A stretch of 10,548 nucleotides of DNA, from positions 1-10,548 of the forward strand of contig JAVZXS010000018.1 of assembly GCA_038886535.1 (NCBI GenBank), in the 5' to 3' direction. This DNA is from Candidatus Micrarchaeia archaeon (GTDB taxonomy: Archaea > Micrarchaeota > Micrarchaeia > CABMEP01). The translations under genes and the position numbers were made by a program. Below, in pieces: positions 1 through 6,676 of the stretch (the first letter of the stretch is position 1; each line of letters starts with the position of its first letter). The notes below the pieces were generated by a model, which saw nothing but the letters and a program-made list of their open reading frames with translations, was not told the origin of the DNA and did not search any database.

Positions 1-1
1 T

Positions 2-748
2 GGTATTTACGTGATTAGAATTTTAGAAAAGTTTACACCAATTAATGTTCATTATCTCCAAAGCCAAAAAGTTTCCGTCTTATGTATTGGAAAAGATTGT
101 CCGATTTGTGCTAGGAATTCGATGTTGTTTCAACAATTTGATAAAGAGGCTACTCATCAGAAGGAATTTACACCTAGACAGACTCGTTATGTCTCTAACG
201 TGCTAGATAGGACGCCATCAGTTTTTTGCAGTTCTTGTGGCGAACAAGTTTATAACTTTATGTATAAAGACAATATGGCTTGTCCTGCTTGTGGTTCTGT
301 CATTCCAAAGCAACCATTTTCTGTTGTAGATACAGTTAAATTAGTTTCTCTAAGTAAGACATTTATTGAACAATTGAAAGTCATTGCAGCTTCCATTTTG
401 GACGATAATGGAGATGTTGTGCCTCTTACTCATTATGACATCAAAGTAATTTCTGCGATTGTTTCTGACAGAACACAGTTATCTCCATCGCCAAGTGATA
501 AAATATCACCCCCACCTGAAGTTCCAAAAGAATCTCTTTATCCACCAGAAAAAATCGCAATTGCTTTTTCTAAGGACGAATTAGTTGCGATTTTAGGTGG
601 AGTTAACTATCGGGATATTTTAAAAGCTAGAAATTCGGAGAACACAACTGATATTGTTGGTTCATTGCCTGTTGAGATGGGCGATAAAGTAGCTGAGGAA
701 GCTAAGAACGTTGTCGATGCGATTAAAGATTTGTTTGGTGAGGATTAG
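2..748 (+). CDS. Putative phage single-stranded DNA-binding protein (T4 gp32-like), 5'-truncated, with an extra zinc ribbon
   Basis: Frame is open from base 2 (G-I-Y-V-IRIL), so GTG at 11 is probably internal. Has IRIL..., H-x10-C-x4-CPIC, R-Y-x-x-NV-x-DR and an acidic/aromatic C-terminus (KDLFGED), and lies upstream of the helicase. A second CSSC...CPAC ribbon is at 227-292. Confidence 0.6.
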   Translation, partial: GIYVIRILEKFTPINVHYLQSQKVSVLCIGKDCPICARNSMLFQQFDKEATHQKEFTPRQTRYVSNVLDRTPSVFCSSCGEQVYNFMYKDNMACPACGSVIPKQPFSVVDTVKLVSLSKTFIEQLKVIAASILDDNGDVVPLTHYDIKVISAIVSDRTQLSPSPSDKISPPPEVPKESLYPPEKIAIAFSKDELVAILGGVNYRDILKARNSENTTDIVGSLPVEMGDKVAEEAKNVVDAIKDLFGED

Positions 749-753
749 TTAAA

Positions 754-1107
754 GTGAAAGAGGAGTCTATATCGGATAAGTATTTTGAACTTTTATCAAC
801 TAGTCCGAACTCAGTGGCGGTTTTAGTCAGCTTTCTGAGAGAAGTATTAGAGATAGAAATTACAGACGACTTTTATGGGTTTATCGGTAGGCTAATAAAG
901 TTATATGGGAAAGAAATTGTATTTAGCGGTATTTTAACATTAGCGACCTCTGATATAGACTCCTCATCTCCATCTAGCTTGAAGAGTTATTTATCAGCAA
1001 TTTGTAGAAGATTGTTCATGGAAAAGTTTAAGTCTTTTCAATCCATTGAGGATTTAACTCCAAAAGCTAGAAAAATTTATAGGAGACTTTATGGAAGAAA
1101 TCAATGA
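754..1107 (+). CDS. Hypothetical protein, possible DnaD-like domain (helicase loader/initiator accessory)
   Basis: GAGGA RBS before GTG; overlaps the helicase start. LIKLYGKEIVFSGI...KSYLSAICRR resembles the DnaD-type YxxxIxxxW helix, but the Trp is absent. Confidence 0.4.
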   Translation: MKEESISDKYFELLSTSPNSVAVLVSFLREVLEIEITDDFYGFIGRLIKLYGKEIVFSGILTLATSDIDSSSPSSLKSYLSAICRRLFMEKFKSFQSIEDLTPKARKIYRRLYGRNQ

Positions 1108-2362
1108 TGAATCTTTGGTTTTATCGGCATTTGTAAAGCAACCCAACCTTGTTCTGAATTACCTATTTCCAGAACAAGTGTTCTCATCTGTAGTTAATGA
1201 GAAGCTTTATAAAAATATTGTTTCAATAGCTCAGGAGATTAAAAATCCAGATTTTTCAGTTTTGGTTAGCACATTAAAAGCGAAAGGTCTTTTAGATATT
1301 TGTGGTGGGGAATCTTATTTGGTTTATTTAAGAGATTTGAGTATTGAAGTTGACAATTTAGATTTAATTGTTGACAATTTAATCAACAACTACAAAAAGA
1401 GAAGATTTCTAAACTATGTTAGTAACTTTCAAAATGTTGATTTTCCATCCTCAAGTGTTAATTATATTTTAGACAGAACAATTGAGGAAATTAGTAACAT
1501 AAGCACACTATCTAGTAGTGACAGAGTTTTATCTTTATCCGATGCTTCTGATAGAGCTTTTGATTCGATTAATTACCGCATGTCGAATAAAAATTTAAAG
1601 ACAAGCGGTTTTGTTCACATTGACGCTATTACTGGAGGGTTATTTCCAGGTGACTTGTGGTATGTAGCTGGGCGCCCTGGTATGGGGAAGACGGCTTGGT
1701 GCTTAAATGCAATTAATAAACAAATCAATGACGGCATTCCAGTTTTATTTTTTTCGTTAGAGATGGCGGTTAGCTCTTTAGTTTATCGCTTATTAGCGAT
1801 TAGGACTGGAATTCCGATTATTAAACTAAAGTTGGGAATTTTAACAAAGAAAGAGCTTGACATTCTTTATGAAGAGAAAGAAAAACTTAGTAAACTACCG
1901 TTGTATATTGATACTCATTTTGATTCTGATATTCAGTATATCTTAAGCACTATTAATCGCCAGTATAATAAAAATGGAATTCAGATTGTTCACATTGACT
2001 ATGTGCAACTAATTGGAATTGCTGACATAGACAATGCTGTCCGTGAATATACGAAAATATCGCGTGCTTTAAAAGTTATCGCAAATAAGTTAGGAATATC
2101 TATTATTGGGTATTCCCAATTAACAAGAAATGTAGAAAACAGAAATGACAAACGTCCTTTGCTTCATGATTTAAGAGAAAGCGGAGGATTTGAGCAAGAT
2201 GCTGATGTTGTGATTGTCTTATACAGAGATGAGGTCTACAATCCAGATACTAAAGATAAAGGTAAATTAGAGAATATTATTCGTAAACATCGTGAAGGTG
2301 AGTTGGGGGTTTTGTTTTCTAAGTTTACTGGTGAAACTAACAAAATTGAGGAGGAACTTTAA
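1091..2362 (+). CDS. dnaB: Replicative DNA helicase, DnaB family
   Basis: Walker A AGRPGMGKT, H1a FFSLEM, Walker B IVHIDYVQLI, SQLTR, RPLLHDLRESGGFEQDADVVIVLYRDEVY, KHREG; AGGAG RBS at 1081-1085. Confidence 0.96.
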   Translation: MEEINDESLVLSAFVKQPNLVLNYLFPEQVFSSVVNEKLYKNIVSIAQEIKNPDFSVLVSTLKAKGLLDICGGESYLVYLRDLSIEVDNLDLIVDNLINNYKKRRFLNYVSNFQNVDFPSSSVNYILDRTIEEISNISTLSSSDRVLSLSDASDRAFDSINYRMSNKNLKTSGFVHIDAITGGLFPGDLWYVAGRPGMGKTAWCLNAINKQINDGIPVLFFSLEMAVSSLVYRLLAIRTGIPIIKLKLGILTKKELDILYEEKEKLSKLPLYIDTHFDSDIQYILSTINRQYNKNGIQIVHIDYVQLIGIADIDNAVREYTKISRALKVIANKLGISIIGYSQLTRNVENRNDKRPLLHDLRESGGFEQDADVVIVLYRDEVYNPDTKDKGKLENIIRKHREGELGVLFSKFTGETNKIEEEL

Positions 2363-2823
2363 TGGTAAATAGCCGAAAAAGAAAAGGCACAGATTGGGAA
2401 AGAGAATTAGTTAAACTCTTAGAACAAATTCCTCAAAGTAAAGCGAAAAGAATCGCAACTTCTGGGGCTATTGGAACTTATTTAGAAGAGCCTCAATTGA
2501 CTGGGGATGTTGTTTTAATGCTAGACGATTTACCTAAGAAATTTAGAATTGAGTGTAAAGTAGGTTATGGTGGGTCAGTTCAAATTACACTAAAACGTGA
2601 ATGGTTTGATAAAATTAAAAAAGAAGCCCAATCTTCGTATTCTATACCATTAGTTGCATTAAAATTTTCAGGTGTGCGAGAAAAAGATGTTGTAAGATAT
2701 GTTATTGCGATGGATTTAGAAACTTTTATTGATTTGATGACTTATCTAGTTAATCTCAAGTTGGAACTTGATGGTCTATATGAAAGAATTAACATATTGG
2801 GACGTGATAAAGAGCTTTTATAA
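2362..2823 (+). CDS. Holliday junction resolvase, Hjc-type PD-(D/E)xK nuclease
   Basis: KRKGTDWEREL (KG..(W/F)ERE), R-x3-SG, GDV and IECK catalytic motifs; TAATG coupling to dnaB; GAGGAGG RBS. Confidence 0.82.
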   Translation: MVNSRKRKGTDWERELVKLLEQIPQSKAKRIATSGAIGTYLEEPQLTGDVVLMLDDLPKKFRIECKVGYGGSVQITLKREWFDKIKKEAQSSYSIPLVALKFSGVREKDVVRYVIAMDLETFIDLMTYLVNLKLELDGLYERINILGRDKELL

Positions 2824-3181
2824 GAATACTTTCAATATACCAACGCTGTATATTGATTATATAGCCTGTTATCCTATTTTAATTGATTGTGTAACAGGTT
2901 ACAGTAATGCTTCTATCTCACGGCGTAATAGAGTTCCAGAAGATTATGTTCAAGATGTTATTATTGACTTTTTAAATTTTTTAGGTTGGGAAGAGGATTT
3001 AGATATTAATCCATATGCTATTTACAAAAAGACCAGTGGAAATTTTGAATTTTTTACTCAGGAAGTTTTAATAAGTTCGGCTTATTTGACTCTTGAGGAT
3101 ATAAAGTTTATTTTTAGGATTTGTAAACGATTTAATAAACTAAAATCCTGGGCTGACGAGGTTGAAAAGACAATCGTGTAA
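2780..3181 (+). CDS. Hypothetical protein with possible helix-turn-helix
   Basis: ORF fills the gap to the next RBS. GYSNASISRRNRVPEDYVQDVI resembles a LuxR/sigma4-type HTH pattern. Start uncertain (2768/2771/2780). Confidence 0.5.
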   Translation: MKELTYWDVIKSFYKNTFNIPTLYIDYIACYPILIDCVTGYSNASISRRNRVPEDYVQDVIIDFLNFLGWEEDLDINPYAIYKKTSGNFEFFTQEVLISSAYLTLEDIKFIFRICKRFNKLKSWADEVEKTIV

Positions 3182-3193
3182 AAGGAGTTTAAT

Positions 3194-3541
3194 ATGGGTA
3201 CGCAACTTGTAGATTTACCTGATATTCAAGAGATTGAAAAAGTTATTGATGAAATTTATAGAATTTCTAAAGAAATTGCAAGGTTAAAGTTAGAAATAAA
3301 GGTTCTTGAGGCTAAGACAATACTTGAACTTGTAAACACAAGTGATGGAAAAGCTCCGTCAATGAATTTTATTCAATCAACCTTTGCTGTTACAGGAAAA
3401 AATGACGAGCTAATTGAATTACGGGCAAAATTAGCCTCTTTAGAAACAAAGTTAAAATACTATGAAAATAAATATGATATGTATAAGATGATTGTTGATA
3501 TTTGGAGAACACAATCAGCGAATGAGAGATTGAAGTTATGA
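3194..3541 (+). CDS. Coiled-coil hypothetical phage protein
   Basis: AAAGGAG RBS at 3181-3187; two heptad-rich helices separated by GKAPS; ends DIWRTQSANER. Confidence 0.7.
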   Translation: MGTQLVDLPDIQEIEKVIDEIYRISKEIARLKLEIKVLEAKTILELVNTSDGKAPSMNFIQSTFAVTGKNDELIELRAKLASLETKLKYYENKYDMYKMIVDIWRTQSANERLKL

Positions 3542-3942
3542 GTAAATATGTACAACTCTTGTTAACATCTGCTGATGAAATAAAAGCGTTATTTGAAAGT
3601 CAAAACCCAGATATTGAAGATTTATATGATGATTTAATTACTGTTGAAAAGAAATTAGAAGAGCTTTATAGAAAGGGGTATATTACAGATTTTGATTTAT
3701 TAGTAATCGCGTGCGTGCGGACAAATAAGTCTTTCCGCAAGTTGGAAAGAGAATTTAATATTTCAAGATTGACTTTATCAAATCGGTTTAAGAAAATTTG
3801 CGAAAAAATCGCCTTTTATTTAGGAGGTTACTTTTTGGATGAGGGGTATGTTCGTAAATTAAGAAAGAAATATAGACTGTCAAATTATGACACAGCGAAG
3901 CTGTCGAATTATTTTTCAAGGAGGACAAATGACACGGTGTAG
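3538..3942 (+). CDS. HTH DNA-binding protein (sigma70 region-4-like)
   Basis: ATGA overlap with the previous gene; TDFDLLVI...KSFRKLEREFNISRLTLSNRFKKICEKI fits the sigma4-type HTH pattern; basic C-terminus. Confidence 0.6.
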   Translation: MSKYVQLLLTSADEIKALFESQNPDIEDLYDDLITVEKKLEELYRKGYITDFDLLVIACVRTNKSFRKLEREFNISRLTLSNRFKKICEKIAFYLGGYFLDEGYVRKLRKKYRLSNYDTAKLSNYFSRRTNDTV

Positions 3943-4585
3943 GCATCGTCATACGATTGATGAACATCCAGGTTGTTTTGCAAATAATAATATTCTTGAA
4001 AAAGATTACATCAAAGAAACAGGACAACCATGGTACACGTACCCAGGCTATAAAATTGGGTATTTAGATATAGAGACAAGCACGCTATCTGCTGACAATG
4101 GTTATATACTGACTTGGTGCATAAAAGAGAAAGGAGGTAAGGTATTTTCTGATTGTATCCAAAAAGAAGATATTTTCAATTACGAGTTTGATAAGAAGGT
4201 GGTCTCTAGTTTGGTTGAGAAGCTGTCGGATTATAAGATAATCGTTACTTACTACGGCACTAACTTTGACATCCCGTTCATTAGAACTAGAGCCTTAAAG
4301 TGGGGTCTTGAGTTTCCAGCTTATGGAAGCATCTACACTTGGGACTTGTATTACACAGTCAAGTCGAAGCTGTCTTTGTCTAGGAATAGTCTAGACAGAG
4401 CTTGTAGTCTTCTAGGTATCAAGGGAAAGACGCATTTAGACCTAGATGTTTGGGCTTTGGCTACCTTAGGGGATGAAAAAGCCCTAAAAAAGGTCTTGAC
4501 ACATAACCGATTTGATGTTATAATCTTAGAGAAACTACACGATAGGCTATCCTTTAGCCGAAAGTGGATAAAAACTAGTATCTAG
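3929..4585 (+). CDS. Stand-alone DEDD 3'-5' exonuclease (RNase H-like, PolB-proofreading/YprB-like) with N-terminal Cys/His cluster
   Basis: AGGAGG RBS at 3919-3924 supports ATG 3929 rather than 3887. ExoI YLDIETS, ExoII YYGTNFDIPFI, ExoIII HNRFDV; N-terminal CRHRHTIDEHPGC. Confidence 0.88.
   Translation: MTRCRHRHTIDEHPGCFANNNILEKDYIKETGQPWYTYPGYKIGYLDIETSTLSADNGYILTWCIKEKGGKVFSDCIQKEDIFNYEFDKKVVSSLVEKLSDYKIIVTYYGTNFDIPFIRTRALKWGLEFPAYGSIYTWDLYYTVKSKLSLSRNSLDRACSLLGIKGKTHLDLDVWALATLGDEKALKKVLTHNRFDVIILEKLHDRLSFSRKWIKTSI
4496..4524 (+). promoter_or_regulatory. Perfect-consensus sigma70/sigmaA promoter internal to the exonuclease gene
   Basis: TTGACA (4496-4501), 17-bp spacer, TG at 4516-4517 (extended -10), TATAAT (4519-4524). 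A-tracts at 4476-4480 and 4486-4491 are UP-element-like. Strong RBS at 4583-4592 downstream. Confidence 0.8.
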
Positions 4586-4601
4586 AAAGGAGATTTTATA
4601 A

Positions 4602-4862
4602 ATGAATAGTGATTTAAATGGTGATGCAAAAGGAATTAAAACTGTGACAACTGTCGATATGAGACACAATGATAAAACAAACTTATGGGATGTAAAAATT
4701 CATGTTACATTCTCTGTAACGAAAGATTTAGTTCAATGGGAAAATCTCGAATTTGAATCAATAGCTTCTAACAGAGACCCTGGGATTGCTTATAAAAAAG
4801 CTTTAGATGAAATTCTTAATACAACTTTTGATGGAGATGAAAAAGCAGGTATTATTTTATAA
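4602..4862 (+). CDS. Hypothetical protein
   Basis: TAGAAAGGAG RBS at 4583-4592; 86 aa; no recognised motif. Confidence 0.75.
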   Translation: MNSDLNGDAKGIKTVTTVDMRHNDKTNLWDVKIHVTFSVTKDLVQWENLEFESIASNRDPGIAYKKALDEILNTTFDGDEKAGIIL

Positions 4863-5052
4863 GATAAAAAATAACATTGTGGTTCAAAATTTCCCATCTT
4901 TGGGAATTTATTTTTCTAAAGATGGGAAATTGATTATCCCAATTTTTATATTTACAGCGATTGTAAAATTTTTGATCTTTAATAAACTTGTTGATTACAA
5001 AATTTTTCAAGAGATTATCAATGAATACAAATTGACTGTTAACGAATCTTAA
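4831..5052 (+). CDS. Hypothetical protein with hydrophobic segment
   Basis: Fills the gap before the next promoter; LIIPIFIFTAIVKFLIF is hydrophobic. Start uncertain (4807/4831/4837). Confidence 0.55.
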   Translation: MEMKKQVLFYKIKNNIVVQNFPSLGIYFSKDGKLIIPIFIFTAIVKFLIFNKLVDYKIFQEIINEYKLTVNES

Positions 5053-5063
5053 CAATTCAAATT

Positions 5064-5092
5064 TTGCAAAAACTAAAAATACAAATTATAAT
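5064..5092 (+). promoter_or_regulatory. sigma70/sigmaA-type promoter
   Basis: TTGCAA (5064-5069), 17-bp spacer, TATAAT (5087-5092), in the only sizeable intergenic gap; RBS TAGAAAGGAG at 5104-5113 follows. Confidence 0.78.
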
Positions 5093-5120
5093 TATTTACA
5101 CAATAGAAAGGAGATGAAAG

Positions 5121-5333
5121 GTGTACGACTACAGCTTTCGACTTGATGAGTATTATTATCAAGACCCAGAAGATATGTTTATGGACATGATTGCAAAACA
5201 CTTTGAAGACGAGATTTTTGACAAAGAGCTAGATTTTGTCCCGTTTTTGGATGAAAATTTTGATGAATGTCCATTAAACAATGACGAGGAATATTGGCAA
5301 TGGCTTTTTTCCCTTGAACCCATTTATGGATAG
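5121..5333 (+). CDS. Small, highly acidic and aromatic protein (DNA-mimic-like)
   Basis: RBS 7 nt before GTG; 21 D/E vs 3 K/R and 17 F/Y/W in 70 aa. Confidence 0.7.
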   Translation: MYDYSFRLDEYYYQDPEDMFMDMIAKHFEDEIFDKELDFVPFLDENFDECPLNNDEEYWQWLFSLEPIYG

Positions 5334-5345
5334 AAAGGAAATAAA

Positions 5346-6230
5346 GTGATACCAGCTTATCCTAAAGTTTACAGTTTAGGACATAAAGCTATAAAAAATA
5401 TTTTTTCTACTCCAGTTCTTGTAGAAGAAAAAATTGACGGCTCACAATTTAGTTTCATGATAAACGAAAACGGTGAGCTTTTTTGTCGCAGTAAAAATGT
5501 ACAGCTTAATTTGGATAATCCTGATGCCCTTTTTAATAAAGCAGTTGACATTGTTAAATCGATAAAAGATAAATTAATACCTGGTTGGATTTACAGGGCT
5601 GAATATTTACAACGTCCTAATCATAATGTGTTAAAATATAGTCGAGTTCCTTCTAATCATTTAATTGGTTTTGACATTGAGGTTGGCTTGCAAGAATTTG
5701 CTAACTATGATATTAAAAAGTTTGAGTTCGAGCAGATAGGTTTAGAATGTGTGCCTAAACTTTATGAAGGCGAAATTAATTCTGTTGATGAGATTAAATC
5801 ATTACTGGAGACTGAATCTGTTCTTGGTGGTGAGAAAATCGAGGGAATTGTCATAAAGAATTATAATCTCTTTACTGATGAGAAAAAAATCATGATTGGA
5901 AAGTTTGTCTCTGAACGTTTTAAGGAGACAGCAAAAGAGGTTTGGAAAGCTGGAGAAAACCCAGTAATTGCTTTAGGAAAAAGTTTAGCTACAGAAGCTC
6001 GTTGGTTAAAAGCGGTTCAACATCTTGCTGAAAACGGTGAGTTAGAGTTCTCACCAAGGGATATTGGAAAACTAATGTCGGAGATCATCAATGATACTTT
6101 AGAAGAGGAAAAAGATTTTATAAAAGACAGCCTCTATAGCATTTTTATTAAAGACATTAAGCGAGAAATTACTCGTGGATTTCCAGAATGGTACAAAAAT
6201 TATTTGTTAGAAAGGAGTTTCGATGCTTAA
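5346..6230 (+). CDS. RNA ligase, Rnl2 family
   Basis: Nucleotidyltransferase motifs I EEKIDGSQF, Ia RSKN, III YRAEY, IIIa GFDI, IV EGIVIK, V GKFVSERFKE; C-terminal R...DIGKL...NDTLEE resembles the T4 Rnl2 C-domain. Confidence 0.88.
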   Translation: MIPAYPKVYSLGHKAIKNIFSTPVLVEEKIDGSQFSFMINENGELFCRSKNVQLNLDNPDALFNKAVDIVKSIKDKLIPGWIYRAEYLQRPNHNVLKYSRVPSNHLIGFDIEVGLQEFANYDIKKFEFEQIGLECVPKLYEGEINSVDEIKSLLETESVLGGEKIEGIVIKNYNLFTDEKKIMIGKFVSERFKETAKEVWKAGENPVIALGKSLATEARWLKAVQHLAENGELEFSPRDIGKLMSEIINDTLEEEKDFIKDSLYSIFIKDIKREITRGFPEWYKNYLLERSFDA

Positions 6231-6471
6231 ACTATCAGCAGTATGGGATATTTTCTCTACTAGAGATGAAATAGAAAACGATTTAACCACATATCTTGTC
6301 CATCCAGATAAAATGAGTGATACTTTAGATGATGCTTTAGAGCGTTTGTCTGAATTTTTAGCGACTGCAAACATTTCAGATGAAAAGTACGAAGACATTT
6401 CTGAGCTTTTTGACTGGTTTTCTGATGCTGAGTATAGACAACTAGTTCTGGAGTTTGCAGATGAAATGTAG
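6223..6471 (+). CDS. Small acidic helical hypothetical protein
   Basis: TAGAAAGGAG RBS at 6208-6217; 22 D/E vs 6 K/R in 82 aa. Confidence 0.75.
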   Translation: MLKLSAVWDIFSTRDEIENDLTTYLVHPDKMSDTLDDALERLSEFLATANISDEKYEDISELFDWFSDAEYRQLVLEFADEM

Positions 6472-6676
6472 TTTTTGTCGCTCTTGTTTAAAAATTATTA
6501 GAGTTGAGATAAATGATGAACCAAATAATTATTTGGTTTGCTTTTTATGCGGAAGAATCTATTATAATAACCTATGGCAAGCTGTTGAAGTCGTTGGAGA
6601 TGAAGGTGATTTAATTCGTAGTTGTCTTGGTTTGACTAAGGTAGGTAACGATGAGTCTGCTGGCGAATCTCATTAG
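6461..6676 (+). CDS. Small zinc-ribbon protein
   Basis: GGAG at 6450-6453 supports ATG 6461; CSFC...CFLC pair; overlaps the primase start. Confidence 0.68.
   Translation: MKCSFCRSCLKIIRVEINDEPNNYLVCFLCGRIYYNNLWQAVEVVGDEGDLIRSCLGLTKVGNDESAGESH

Noticed and set aside
1349..1381. Direct repeat GTTGACAATTTA x2 containing TTGACA inside dnaB
   Set aside because: Explained by the peptide repeat VDNL-DLI-VDNL; no good -10 at correct spacing.
1091..2362. Intein or intron in dnaB (also considered for primase and the visible RNR part)
   Set aside because: Motifs are contiguous and lengths are normal or compact; no splicing motifs seen.
2362..2823. PD-(D/E)xK protein as restriction partner of the methyltransferase
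   Set aside because: Has the Hjc N-terminal signature, is coupled to the helicase, and lies about 5 kb from the methylase.
3887..3928. Longer exonuclease start at 3887
   Set aside because: AGGAGG directly precedes ATG 3929; the longer start adds overlap and has no RBS.
5114..5146. 10-codon ORF MKGVRLQLST overlapping the acidic gene start
   Set aside because: ATG abuts the SD with zero spacing; GTG at 5121 has the proper 7-nt spacing.
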